A stretch of DNA of 64,000 nt from Eledone cirrhosa (Eukaryota). The stretch lies in NCBI GenBank assembly GCA_964016885.1, contig OZ024743.1, forward strand, positions 26,598,001 through 26,662,000. Reading direction: 5' to 3'. This document shows, in pieces, positions 23,662 through 36,993 of the stretch (within the stretch, counting starts at the first letter, position 1; each line of letters begins with the position of its first letter). A program made the translations under genes and the position numbers. Below the pieces are notes generated by a model. The model did no database searches. It was not told the DNA's origin and saw nothing but the letters and a program-made list of their open reading frames with translations.

Positions 23662-26600
23662 ATTATTAATATTGTGTTTGGAACATAACTTAACAAAGTT
23701 ACTTTGATAAAATTATGATGGAAAGGTTTCAGATGAATATAAACATAATAAAATAGTTTCGTATTGTAGGCAGTTTCTTATAAAAAAAAGGTTAATCTGT
23801 TACTTTGATACGTTACCTCTGACCTGATACATGAAGTGTCAGTAATAGCAGACTCTCATTTGACCTTATTAGATAGAATTAACAGCTTTTGATACCTACC
23901 CACCTGAAGGTGCCTCTAGCTTTATGTTACATAACTTCCTGTTGTAAAGTGTTTATATTTATTTTAAAACCTTCCATCACAATTTTATGTAACAACTTTT
24001 TATTAAACAATGTACTGCACATCAGTTTAATGAAAATGTTAATTTATGTTTGTTAAGATATTCTTCATTATTTTCAAAATTAATTAAAATATGGTAACGA
24101 AAGGATTAACTGAGACCAAGACTGGCTCCAATAATGTTGACAGTTAATTATTTATGAGAACATCATTAATGACTGAGAAAACATTTTATTTCCAAACTAC
24201 ATCAGCATAGAAAAATGGACTTAGTATGATAATAGTGATAATGATGATGATGATGATATGTTTAACTATCTTATTCAGAGTTGTGCATCAAATACAATCT
24301 TAATATTAACATGGGACTAACCAATTCTATTTAATTAGAAATTCACAATGTATCCACCTTTTGGTTTTCTAATTTGTTGCTTTGCTAACGTAGAATTAGT
24401 TGTGCTTTCTTTATAATATTGCTCTAGCATGGTCATGTATGATTTAAATAATATCCTACACAGGTAAAGAACTCCCTACACATCTCAGTGGGGAAAGAAT
24501 TCTCTGGACTGACTTCCAGTCTGTCTGAAATTGTTTTTACAGTTACTTTTAACATTTTTTATGACTTCCAGATGTATCATTAATAATGAGTAGAGGTGAG
24601 TTGATTTAACCTTGTTGCTTCTTGACTGTCTAAATCTCTTTCTCTGCAACCCTGTTTCATCTGCTTGCAACTTCTGCAGCCACTCTGAAGGAATTTTGCT
24701 GAGGTATGATATAAGCAGTGGGTTGGGTAGATTGTTGTAATTTGGTAATAGGTCAGGCCTATTATAATGTTCAGTATTAAATTGATTCTTTTAGGGGGCC
24801 TGTCATAGAAAATATTAATTTGAATAACAATTGTGACATTACTTGTAATTCTGGAGTGATAAGACTAATGAAAAGTGTGACCCCTGGGGAAATGAAGAGT
24901 TGTTACACTTTGATTGATTTAACTTTCAGATATTATTCTTGATAGTAATAATAAGATTCACCATAAAGAGTTCTTAAAAGATGTTAAATTAGAGAAATTT
25001 GAACATTTTCAGTGCTTCTTCATGAAAGAATATCATGAAACATTTTTATTTTTGTAGAAGTAGAGAAAATGGAAATATTTTACAGTATTTCTGCTGGTCC
25101 CATTCAAAACTTATTTTTTTTCAGGAAGCTGATAAATGTTATTGCTATAATCAATCACATAAATCACATAACTGCTAGATTCTTAGGAAGTGTTAAGAGA
25201 GAGAGAGGAAGAGTGTAGTATCATCCAGAGAAGATAGTGTTTAACCTTCTACTATAAATCTTTTGTTACCATGTTTCCAATGAAAGACTCAGATTAGTAT
25301 TTTCAAATCATTTTGAAAATAATCCAGAATTTAGAGGAATTTAGTAATATAACTTTCTCATGTTGGTGTTTGGAGCATAACTTAACAAAGGTTATTACAT
25401 AAAATTATGATGGAAGGTATTCAGATAGATGTAAACACCTTAAAATAAACAACTTAGTATTGCAGAACGAAAAGTAATTTCAGGTGGTTTGGTACTCCCA
25501 AGAGATTTTTGTAGGTCACTGATGCAGAAATTTGGAAAGATTTCATCAAAATGGCTTGAGCAGGAGTTTGATCTAAGTTGTCTGCATGTAACTAAATCCC
25601 TTGATCCTTAATTAAGTTCATCAATATAATTATTCCAATACACTGTCTTGTGGTAGCTTGTGTTTCTTCTCATTGGAAACTGAAAAAATCAGAATATTTT
25701 TAGCATGGAGCTCTGCTTTATACTCTGCCAAAAACAACCCTTACCTTCCCATGCCATTTCCCATATGTATGCATTATTTATCTAGTTATATATAATGAAT
25801 CATAAATTACTGTCCTGTCCATTGTTGTACTTTGGTAGAGTCATTATACTCCCCTTTACACACAATTCAAACTTAATTTCTCTATACTTATTCAATCTGA
25901 CCTACTCTTTCACTCTATTGATACTCATATAAAATATTACTGACCAGATCCTAGCTTTATGATAGTACTCTTTAATAACTGTAACTATCAATGGAAAAAA
26001 AAGTGTAAATGGCAGTATTGTATGTATGTGTGTGTGAATGGCATTAGGGAGAGCATCCAGCTCTAGAAATCATTCTAAAAATGGAACACATGTGCAAGAT
26101 GTAGTTCTCTGACTCATCTAGTTTCAAACTGACAATTCGTCCATCTCATACAAGCATGAAAAACAGATGTAAAACAATGATGATGACTCTACCAAGATAC
26201 AACACTGTTTCAACAATTTCACATCTAACCCCTTGTCAACATATAACCCCTTGTCAAATTATATTATATTCATTAAATTACAAAAATGTTTGATTGTAAT
26301 CGATAACAACATTATTTTAGCATATTCAAATTTAACAGTAATTTTTCCAGAAATTAAATGAGAAAAAATATATGTATTAACTAAGGTAAATAAAACTAAA
26401 AACTTAATTGGGAATAGATTCTACATCATTGAAGATGGAGGGAGAGGCAGCGAAAGCAGATTTCAAGAAACTGAACCTTACAAAATAAATGACAAAAGAA
26501 AGAAACAAGCAGAGCGATATTTTACTGGAGAAGACTCATCTCATGCAACCTTGGGAAAATGGACATAGATACAACAACAACGATGATGATGATGATCACA

Positions 26601-27662
26601 TCACACACAAAGATATAAGCTTTTAAAATAATACATTACTCTAGTCTAAATTATTGAAATGTAGTTTAGCAGTTGGTGTTAGTTACAATAAAGTGTTTAA
26701 AATGTGCATCAACAGTGTATTGCAAAATACTTATATTTATATAAATAACCAATCCATAGAAAACTAAAATTAAAATATTGAAATAGATTCAATAGGTGCA
26801 AGCATAATAATGTGGTTAAGAATTTCATTTTGCAACCACATGGTTTCACATTTGATCTTACTGTGCATCTTCTTGAGCAAGTGCCATCTACAGTTGTGTA
26901 AAATAATTTCATATATTTGTCAGAATCAAGATAAATATATAAAATTCTTTTTTTTTCTTTTTTCTTTTCCTTGTCAGAATCATACGTTCCGTGTATTTGG
27001 TTTAGAATATGTACATTGTACGAGGTGGCTAAAAGAGTTGGTCCCAAGAAGGGCATCTGAGTGTGTAGAACATTGCATCAAAAAGAACCCCATGAGGGGA
27101 ATGAAATCTGTCATGTGGCTCGCATGGCTAACCCCTACTTTAGCAGGGAAAATGGCCATAAAATACTTGTATTCATCAGAATCCTCTGAATTGTGTGATG
27201 GTGTGCAGATATTGTCTTAAATTACACTGCACTTTCCATCCTACATTGCATGTCTTTCTAATCATATTCACAATTTCTGCTTTATTTTCATTTGCTGGAG
27301 GGTTGGTTTGTTTGAGATGATTTATTTTTTTAGTAGAATGGTGGCTTCTATCAGTAACTCATATGTTCTACCTTAATATATATACTTTGTATATGTGTAT
27401 GTTGTAGATAATTCAGTGTAAGCTGGTTAAAGTTATTTACATCTTAAAATAACTGAACATTCCTCTCTTGACCTCTATTCTCTCTTCTTTCTCATATATT
27501 TTCCTCCATCAACCGAGCTTGGGAAGTGGTTGCCAATTTATTCGCAGTGGCCAGTTACAGCTTAAATGAGATGGGGGTATTGTTGGTGTATTGTTTCATA
27601 ATTTCAGCTCCCAGTTTCCATCTGAGAACATAAATATTTTGTTTTGTCTTTATTACTTGTAG

Positions 27663-27818
27663 GTGGAGAACGAAAGCAGTGGTACCGATACAGTGACCAG
27701 GTGGGTTCACGGAACCATTGGGTTGGTGGATTGTTTGCTAGTCACAAAAAGGAGGTACAACGGGCCAGAGCAGCATTTGGAATGTCATCTCCATCACAGT
27801 CCCCTTCACATTCATCAG
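27663..27818 (+). CDS. BLTP3B: BLTP3 exon 8 (GGERKQWYRYSDQVGSRNHWV...SPSHSS)
   Basis: ttgtag acceptor, gtaatc donor, 156 nt, phase 1/1. Confidence 0.9.
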
Positions 27819-28905
27819 GTAATCTTTCATATCTGCACACTTCTCTATAATGTTTCTTACCTGTTGAATTATATATTTCAAATAAGTACACTTAATTCTC
27901 TTCTCTCACCTGTATTTCAAGTGGAACTTGGGAATAACATTTTGTAAGAATGTCAGTGAAGGGGGGCACATTAGTCATAACCTTTACAGGCCCTCCCAGA
28001 ACAGGGATTTTGAGATGCAGTTCATGTTCAGTCTGATCATATATAAGTAAGTGTTGGTTAACAAAAAAAGGAGACAGGACAGGGAGTTGGGTGGTGGTTG
28101 TAGTGGTAGGATCCTGCTGGTTACTGTTCTGGGGAGTAAGGACTAGGAAACTATTTAGTGTGAAGTCTGTGTGCTGAAAGTGGATATAACAGGTAAAGAA
28201 AGGATGGATTAGATAAATAGACTTGAGTGAGGAAGTTATGCAATTAGCAGAGAGTGGAAACAGTACGTTGGTGGACTCAATTTTTTAAACATATCTGAAG
28301 GGCTCTTGGATGCAATCTAGGTTGTTATTATGTAAAGCAACAGAACTCTCCCATAAATGTAAATGTTAATCCAATGTATGTCTTGAATTTTGTCATGGTT
28401 CAGTAAGCAATCATATCTAAAGTATTTCCTCATTCTGAAATTGAATCCTAATCTTTGTGATATGGTTTTAGCAATGTTATAGTTGTGTCAGATCGAGAGA
28501 TTGTAAGGCTTAGTATTTCTAACAACTGTGAAGCTTTCAGTTGAGGTTTTTAGGATTGGAGAGGATGAGGTAGAAGATTGTTTCCTTGAGATAGAACATT
28601 GGTTGAGTTTTTAAAGCAAGGTTGTCATATTCCCATTAAAGGATGTTCCCAAAGTCTCTTGTGATAAAACATTGAGTTTATATATTGAGTGTTGCTTCTT
28701 AGTTTGCTGTTGTTGTTTTTGATGGTGCCATCATCATTGTTTCATTGTATTGCTGTTTTGCAACACATTTGAGAAATATGAAATTATATGACGGAGAGGA
28801 GAAAAGAACAAAAGACATTTGAGAAAGAGTAGAAGTGAGGGTGGCATCCATTGTTCTGTTGTGTCAAACATTGCCACCTTAACACTTTCATTATTATATT
28901 TCTAA

Positions 28906-29092
28906 GGGCGGTGGATTGGCAGTATCGGTAGAGGGTCGGACGCCATGCTTTGACGCAAAGAGTTACGACCCTTGCCATTCTGAGTTCAAATCCCGCCGAG
29001 GTTCACTTTGCCTTTCATCCTTACGGAGTCGATAAAATAAAGTACCAGTAATGTACTGGGTAGTTGCTGTCCTTGTGCCAAAAGTAGAAACA
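28906..29092 (+). mobile_element. tRNA-derived SINE, same family
   Basis: TSD ATTATTATATTTCTAA at 28890-28905 and 29093-29108. Confidence 0.9.
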
Positions 29093-29450
29093 ATTATTAT
29101 ATTTCTAATGAAATACACTGCTCATATGTTTCAATTAATTTTGAAAATAACTACAAATTTAAAGGAATTTAATAAAATAACTAAGTTTTTCATTAGTAAA
29201 CTTATATTTAGAACATTATGTAACAATTTCTAGAATAAAATTATGATGGAAGATTTTAATATAATGATAAACATTTAAATATGAGCAGTCTTATATCATA
29301 AATCCAGGGCAGTTTCAGGTGGTTTAAAAGGGTTAAAAACTGAAAGGTGAATATAACATCACTCATAAAATATTAAATTGATATTTGACTATGTAAAAAA
29401 ATCATCTGGCATGTTCAGTAATTTGTGTATATTGATAATTTATTTGACAG

Positions 29451-29840
29451 ATCAACCTCAAGGTACATCATCCACACCACCATCATCTTCCGTTAGTAGT
29501 AGTAGTAGTAGCAGTAATATTAACAGTAGCAGTATTAAACCTCAGGTGTCATCCACAGTCTCTAGTGCCAATGAGAAAGTGAGTGGATCAGGGAGTGGAT
29601 CAAGTGTGCCAAACCGATCTTCTCATGGCGGGGAAAAGAGGTTGTGTTTGCTGGAGAGCTGTTTTGTCATTGAAGTGGATGAGTTCACAATTTTTTGTAT
29701 CTCCACGGCTGATAATAAGAGAAACAATCCACACAAATTCTTCTCTTCAGAGAAGAAGGTGTTACATTTACCTCATGACATGCCAATCTTACATATGGAA
29801 TTCACTGAATATTATTATCCTGAAGGAGTCAACTTACCAG
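29451..29840 (+). CDS. BLTP3B: BLTP3 exon 9 (Ser-rich linker, ...LHMEFTEYYYPEGVNLP)
   Basis: tgacag acceptor, gtaagt donor, 390 nt, phase 1/1. Confidence 0.92.
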
Positions 29841-30352
29841 GTAAGTAACCTTGTTCTCATTGCTGTGGTAAAAGACACTTGTATGAAATAACATTGAACC
29901 TAAGACTACATTGTTGCATATCAAACCTTTTAACTACACAACCATGCTTGTACCTAACATGTACAGACACTCATACATAGGTACAACTACTCACATCCAT
30001 ACATGCATACACAGAAGTAAATTTACTTGAGTATATATATATATGTATGTATAATCATAACAATGAGAGAAGGCACATATGGAACGGGAACTATGAATTA
30101 ATAAAATAATCAAAATTTACATACCTCCACTATAACGATATACACCTGGACATAAGATATACGTTATATATACACATATATTGGGATAGTATATACAACA
30201 CACACACACATATATATATATATATTATGCTTTGCTATGAAAAATGCAAAGAATCAGCTGAATATGGTATTAGGTCGCTAAAAATAGCAGTTCATAGCCA
30301 ATCAAGTATACAAAAGCTCAACTATATTAATTAATAAATTTGGAGCATATAT

Positions 30353-30695
30353 ATCATCATCATCATCATTTCATTTTATGTCCGCTTTACCCTGCTTGCA
30401 AGGGTGGGACAGGAACTGATTCTGGCTTGATTTCTACAGCTGGATGCCCTTCCTAACACCAACCTCATTTACAGTGAGTGCTGGGTGCTTTTTTTGCCGT
30501 GGCACCTCCACGACCACTTTTCAGTGGAATGATAGGGACCCCAGTCCCTATCATCTCATTTCTACAGCTGAGTAAACTGGAGCAATATGAAATAAAGCGT
30601 CTTGCTCAAGGAAACAACACATCACCCGGTTTGAGAATTGAACTCACAACCTTTCGATTGCAAGGCCAATGCTCTAACCACTAAGCCATGTGCCT
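30353..30695 (-). mobile_element. tRNA-derived SINE with RTE tail
   Basis: Near-identical to 14930-15272. Confidence 0.88.
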
Positions 30696-31025
30696 CCATA
30701 TATATATATATATACACACACGCAACTATACACACACACATCTACACACAGCAATGATGTCAGTTCATTGTCACTAAACCAACTTACAATAATTTTGTCA
30801 CTGAATTTTTTTATTTCTGACCAAGAGGAACCAAACCAAATTCTATTCCATCCATTAATCTTCCATATAATGATACTGTATAGATTCATTCACTAATTAG
30901 TATAAACTGATAGTTTAGTTCAATCAGTTTCAAGTGGTTTAATATCAAAAGTCTCCTTGCCCCCAGTAACCATTCAGTCTGTCAGTTACTTGTAAATGGG
31001 CTAAATTTTTATGTCTATTTTTCAG

Positions 31026-31132
31026 TGCCACATGCTAATCTATATATATTGCTGAATCCTGTACAGCTGAGAGTTGACTATCTTACTCTCCTCTGGGTTA
31101 ACTATTTTGTATTGCAGCTATCCAAAAATCTG
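31026..31132 (+). CDS. BLTP3B: BLTP3 exon 10 (VPHANLYILLNPVQLRVDYLTLLWVNYFVLQLSKNL)
   Basis: tttttcag acceptor, gttagt donor, 107 nt, phase 1/0. Confidence 0.92.
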
Positions 31133-31214
31133 GTTAGTATTTACATTTACTTATCTCTTGTCTCATTAAATTATTTTTTTTGGTCAATTGCTTTCAATTG
31201 CCTTTGTCATAATA

Positions 31215-31397
31215 ATAATTGTTTCTACTTTTGGCACAAGGTCAGCAATTATCCCAGTACATTACTGGTGCTTTATTTTATCGACCCCGTAAGGATGAAA
31301 ACCAAAGTTAACCTTGGTGGGATTTGACCTCAAGTCGTAAAGAGCCGTAACTCTATGCTGTAAAGCATGGCGTCTGGCCCAATAACTAGCTGGCCCT
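31215..31397 (-). mobile_element. tRNA-derived SINE, inverted relative to 28906-29092 and 31880-32098
   Basis: Reverse complement of the family sequence. Confidence 0.85.
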
Positions 31398-31464
31398 GTA
31401 ATAGTTTAATAAAGCACAATTCTCCGTGACCTAATGTAAAATTGTGTTATGATAGCTGGTAAGG

Positions 31465-31790
31465 GTAAAGAGCCCTTCGGTCACGATTGACCGTGGGATT
31501 TGCACCTAGAAAGTTCCCCTCCATAGCAAGTCCAGGCAAGGTTGTTTTGTGGAAGACCAGCATTCACCCATGCATACCAATCTCCCCTCTCCATACCACC
31601 AATGTTGTACAATGGAAAGGTAATGGCCGATACAGCTTGGCACCAGTGACGTTGCAACTCATTTCTACAGCTGAGTGAACTGGAGCAACGTGAAGTAAAG
31701 TGTTTTGCTCAAGAGCACAACACAAAGCCCGATCTGAAAATCGAACTCACAACCTCCCGATTGTAAGCCCTATGCTCTCACAACTAAGCT
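31465..31790 (-). mobile_element. tRNA/CORE-like SINE, different tail subfamily
   Basis: Shares ctcatttctacagctgagtgaactggagcaa..tgaa head with 14930-15272; an older copy lies at ~44820-45090. Confidence 0.75.
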
Positions 31791-31879
31791 GGTAGTGAGA
31801 ATTAAATTACACCAACTCTATATCTTTAGTATATTATAGATAACCAACTGTATTCATGTTTATTATTAATTGAGTTATC

Positions 31880-32098
31880 GAGGGCGGAGGATTAGCAGTA
31901 TTGGTAGAGTGTCGGACGCCATGCTTTGCAGCATAGAGTTATGGCCCTTTATGATCTGAGTTCAAATCCCGCCGAGGTTAACTTTGCCTTTCCTCCTTAT
32001 GGGGGTCAATAAAATAAAGTACCAGTCACACACTGGGGTCGATTTAATCGACTTCCCCCTCCCCCAAAATTGCTAGCCTTGTGCCTATATAACAAACC
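31880..32098 (+). mobile_element. tRNA-derived SINE next to the exon 11 acceptor
   Basis: TSD ATTATTAATTGAGTTATC at 31862-31879 and 32099-32116. Confidence 0.9.
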
Positions 32099-32127
32099 AT
32101 TATTAATTGAGTTATCTTTGTTTTCAG

Positions 32128-32190
32128 AAAGAAAATCCCGATGGACCTCGTGAACACGTAGATATTAAATTTGAAGCTTTAATGCCAAAG
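32128..32190 (+). CDS. BLTP3B: BLTP3 exon 11 (KENPDGPREHVDIKFEALMPK)
   Basis: ttttcag acceptor, gtaagt donor, 63 nt, phase 0/0. Confidence 0.9.
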
Positions 32191-32747
32191 GTAAGTTGTC
32201 ACTGCTGTTGCCACTATTACTACAAATACAAGCTAACAGAAACAAAGGCAGCTTCTAAGCAGTCATACTATCTACTGGAAATAGCAGCCAAATCTCCTCT
32301 TAGTAAGGGCACATTAGATATTATGGTCCTAAGTAAACTGTCATTGAGGGGAAAAAAAATAAAGAAACAGGGTGACCACTGTTGGAATGTTTTTAATGAT
32401 AGGTTTGCTGAATCAAGTCCAACCTGGAGCTAAACAACAATTGGTCTTCTCATATATGTCACAGAAATATTGTAATCATAATAATCTCCACAAACTTGGT
32501 GTTTGTAAAGAGGTTGGTATTAAGAAGGGCATCCAGACATAGTTCTCCTTCTTTTTCCTTTTTCTTCTTTTTCTTTTTCTTTTCCTTCTTTTTCTCCTCC
32601 TCCTCCTCCCCCCTCTCTACATATCTATATGTGAAGGTGATGGATGTTAAGTGGAGTATATCAGTAAGGAATTACTCTACTTAAAGAGTCCTCTCTCTTG
32701 TGTATTAAGGCAATCATTCTAACACTTCATTCTTCTTTTATCTGCAG

Positions 32748-33720
32748 ATGTTAATCCCTGCTGAAAGTGGGTCCTATCCACAAGTTCCTGAGCGGCCAGA
32801 TACTCTGGTAGTTCAAATCTCCAAGATGTCGGCAACCAATAAACAAAGTGAAGAAGACACTAGTCATGAGAAACTACTACTGGCACTGGAAGAACAAAAG
32901 CAGTGTTGTCTACTTAAATCAAAAGACTTCCCAATGGATCAGAATGACTTTCTGGTGTGTCCAGAACATGTATGTAGTCATGTCATAGAAAAAGACTGTC
33001 TTAATGCCTACATTGACTCGTATGTGAAGCAAGTGTTGACAAACTACAAGCTGTCATTATCTGGTAGTAACACAACTGCAAGTAAAACAGAGATAGCTGA
33101 TAGGAGAAGGTTGAAAACTAACAGTCTCAAGCTGGACGCTGCATATGACATCTGGAATGTACATATTGATCAAATATGGATGGACTTCACCACACGCAAG
33201 TCTCGACCGGTTCCGTTTCTAGAATCTTTCCCAGTGACATTATGGTTTTGGCGAACACTACCTTGTAAGAGTAGGGAGAAGAGAGGAGAGAGTAGATTTG
33301 ACATTAGAGGTAGCAGTTCTAACTTGAATGGGAGTGAAGAGTCTAACGATGATAGTTCAACAATTTGTGATAACGATGGCCATACTGATATTTGTGCTAT
33401 AGTATGTATTAAATCTAAAGTTCAAGTCTTACTTACACATTGCCAGTATTTATTTATGTTACGGCTTGCTGAGTCCCTAACAAATTTCCAGAAACAACTA
33501 GATGCCGACACTGAATATTTCTCCGGAACATCGGTATCTTCGGCGATTTCTTTAACAACATTTGTGCAGGATATTGAAGTAGCAATGGTTTTTCAGAAAC
33601 CATCTGAAAGTTCATTCCATAATGGAAACATGACTGAAGGCCATAGCAGCACAATAAAAGGAAGTATACCAGAACTGTCACTTCCTGATCGCCAAACAGC
33701 ATTGGATGGCTGGCCAAACA
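32748..33720 (+). CDS. BLTP3B: BLTP3 exon 12 (large exon, MLIPAESG...ALDGWPN)
   Basis: ctgcag acceptor, gtaagt donor, 973 nt, phase 0/1; DIWNVHIDQIWMDF and THCQYLFMLRL motifs. Confidence 0.93.
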
Positions 33721-33844
33721 GTAAGTTGACACATATGTCATTTGTTTGATTTCTTTCCTGCATCAACATCTATGTATAATTCTAAATACAATCATATCCA
33801 ACACCACTAATACATAATCTCTTATCTGTCAATTTTCATAAATA

Positions 33845-34020
33845 CAGTGAAACTCTGTTATAATGAAATTCATGGCGTATAAAAAAAATTTGTTGTAATG
33901 AAAAATTCTTTATAACGAGATCGACCGAAACACATCGAGCGTGTGGCTGGGGATTGAAAAAAATGTTGTTATACTGAAAAATTCATTATATTGATATTTG
34001 TTATAATGGAATTATACCTG
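33845..34020. mobile_element. Tc1/mariner (Tigger/pogo-like) MITE
   Basis: TA|CAGTGAAACTCTGTTATAA ... TTATAATGGAATTATACCTG|TA; imperfect TIRs, TA TSD. Confidence 0.65.
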
Positions 34021-34212
34021 TATAGCTATAGTTATTATATATTTCATTATAATCATTATAAATGTTGTTGATTCATCATCATTACCATGTTAGGTCTATT
34101 TTCCATGCTTGCATGGGTTTGTCTCTAAGAATTGAGTTATTGAAGACTATATAATATTTCCTGTTGTGTTTTTTGTTCATTATTCATCAATGAGTTTTTG
34201 TGTTCTTTTCAG

Positions 34213-34832
34213 ATAATACAAGCAACTGTGATGGCAGTTTAAGTTACATCTCAAAATCTTACAGTGATTCTCGTTTAAACCTCTCCAAGCATAGTGGTAT
34301 GAATGGAGATTTAACAGAGAGTTTTATCCATGAAGATAGCATGCAACCATTAAATACAGCTTTAGAGAACAGTACACCAAACATTAATCTCTGCAGCAGT
34401 GAAAGTACATCAGAGAGTGCATTGTCTGTGTCAATGGTAACTTATAGTGCAGCTTCTGACTCTGTTTATTCAACAATAAGTTCCCTAAGTAGTTCAGATG
34501 CTAAAAGTCCTGGGTTGGCAGTTTCATCACGTAAGGCCAGCTTTAAAAGTGAGAAGAAAAAAGTTCTGTCAACAGCTTGGTCAAATTTCACAGACAAATT
34601 GAGATCGATGAGTGATTTAAATGATGATTCTATGCTTGGTAGTGAAGATCTGGAACCAGGGCAGACTGATTATTCTTCAGATGATGAGTCATTTGAACAT
34701 CTGTCATTAGAAGATGCTGAAGAACTCCCTGCATTTGAACGGAAACAAACACTTGATGCTCAGAGCTCTTTTGAAACTGCAAGTCAAGACAGCAGTTTAG
34801 AAACTACATCGACAGCTCGAGAAAAACAACAA
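34213..34832 (+). CDS. BLTP3B: BLTP3 exon 13 (Ser/acidic, probably disordered region)
   Basis: ttttcag acceptor, gtatgt donor, 620 nt open frame, phase 1/0. Confidence 0.88.
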
Positions 34833-35892
34833 GTATGTGCTTTTTATATTTTCTCCTTTTCTGTGTTCAACTCTGTAATGGCTGCATGCTGAATGCTTTC
34901 TTTTGTTAGTTTTCAAATATGATGCGGCACAGTGTGTGTAAAGTGAAGGTGTCACGTGTTCATTATTTCAAATATTACCACAGTTACTTTTTGTGCTTCT
35001 TGCAAAGGCACATAACTTTGCATGCTTCAGCCTGCCTGGCTGATAATAGGTTTCCATTTGTATTTCACAGTTGCATAGCTAGAAATAGGAAGGACATGCA
35101 ACCATAAAAAAACAGTTACTCCAACAACATCCATGTTTAAATAAGAAGAAAGTAACTATTTAGCTGTAGGAATGACAGCTAACACGACATTCAAACTAAT
35201 AATGTTGATGAGGTCGATGATCATTTTGTGCTTCTGTAGCTTGACAACTGTTGGAAAATGTGAGAGGCATGACAGTGTCTGATTTGAGGTGTGAGACATA
35301 ATTGGAGTAATGAGTGGAAAACAGACTGGTGCATCATATGGGCTTGGGTAGAGGTGATATGCACCTTGCTAGTTCAGGTAAGAAGAGGCTGTGTTATAAT
35401 AGTGATAGAAGAAACAGAGAGAAAAATCAAAACATCTGAGAGCGAGTAGTTGTAATGTGTTAGTGAGTGTTTACCAATCAACCTTCTTTTGGATGTTTGA
35501 GTGTATAGCAGCAATACTGTTTCAGACATAGGAGCAGTTCTACAGCATGAACCTTGTTTGAGCTTTGTAGAAGGTCAGCAAGTGACCAGCTATATTTTTT
35601 AGACCCGAAAGGAAACTTTGATTTTGAATATTTATTTGGCAATACTCTGATAATAGCAGAATAAAGATAAAACAATAATAAAAAACAAACAAAAGCATTT
35701 TGCTTTAAGACATTCTGCAAGTGAACAGTTCTACATTATTAGTTTCAGAACAGTAACAAAAATCATATGAAAACAGTTGTTATAGAATTATGTTTAGCAT
35801 AACAACATATTATAACAAAGTCTTTCACATGTGCCATTGATATTGTATAAATTAAAGATGAAGCTACAAAGTACATTTTTTTTTTTTTTTAG

Positions 35893-36049
35893 ATCAATGT
35901 TTCAATCTTCCATTTGACTCGTACTGAAGTGTCAGTTCAGAACCTGAAAAATGGTACTATCCTACGTTGCCAGTTAAAAAATATTGATGTTGTTGACTCA
36001 AGAGGCTTCAGCTGGGAAGGATTCCATCGCAAGTTTACATCATCAAAAG
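35893..36049 (+). CDS. BLTP3B: BLTP3 exon 14 (INVSIFHLTRTEVSV...KFTSSK)
   Basis: poly-T ag acceptor, gtattt donor, 157 nt, phase 0/1. Confidence 0.88.
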
Positions 36050-36733
36050 GTATTTTATTCAGGTTTATAGCAGTAAAACCTGCAATATTTCTTCCGATCT
36101 TTAACGTTCTTATAAATCAATTGCATTCTTCCAAAATAAGACTTTCTATCATTCTGTTCCACTAATATAGTCAATTACCTTAAATGTATGTCTTTTATGA
36201 TTTATTTTCTAAAGTGTATTTGAGTAGCAAATATCTGAATATATAACATGTCAGATTACCAGCTGAAAGGTAGGCAGCTCAAATCTTGTGACCAACATTG
36301 TGTTGTCTTCAAGGCCAAATCATTTACTTTTCAAGTGATCCATTTTACCCAACTATGGATAAATATCATGGTGTAGTACAATTCATGGCTGTAATGAAGG
36401 GTGGCTGAGCATAACTGATAGATATTTTATTATCATGTGTGTAAAATTTACAGAAGAGTAGGGTTTCTCAAATGCAAACATTGTCTTCAGTGATATCTTC
36501 ATTACCTAATGCAGTAGGAAAAACTCACCTTCATTATCTAACCTTTATCAATATATATATACAAGGCTGTCTCTACACCAGCTTATATTGACCCGTATGT
36601 GGGAGAGTATCCACTATATATCCACTAGTAAGTGGTCAAATAATTCTATTATATAAATTATGTTATTAATACTTTACACAGATTTCACACATTGTTTTGC
36701 TTGAAAAATGTTGCTATTGTTGTTTTATATTAG

Positions 36734-36993
36734 GTTTACAGTACGAGACAAAAGCAATGTCAACAGAACAGTTCCCAGTACGACTAAAATACATGATTGG
36801 TCCTGGTCTACATGAACTAAAGAATGATCTCATTGGACAAGAACGAGGATACTTACAAATTGATTTGGCTGACATAAACTTGACATTTCAGATGTCAGCT
36901 CTTATGAATATAACTGATCTGATTGAAGATGAGCTCCCTCCTGTTTTCATGCCACTCTATGTCAGCATCAAGGACCTAACACTGACTTTACAG
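36734..36993 (+). CDS. BLTP3B: BLTP3 exon 15 (GLQYETK...DLIEDELPPVFMPLYVSIKDLTLTLQ)
   Basis: attag acceptor, gtaaga donor, 260 nt, phase 1/0. Confidence 0.88.
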
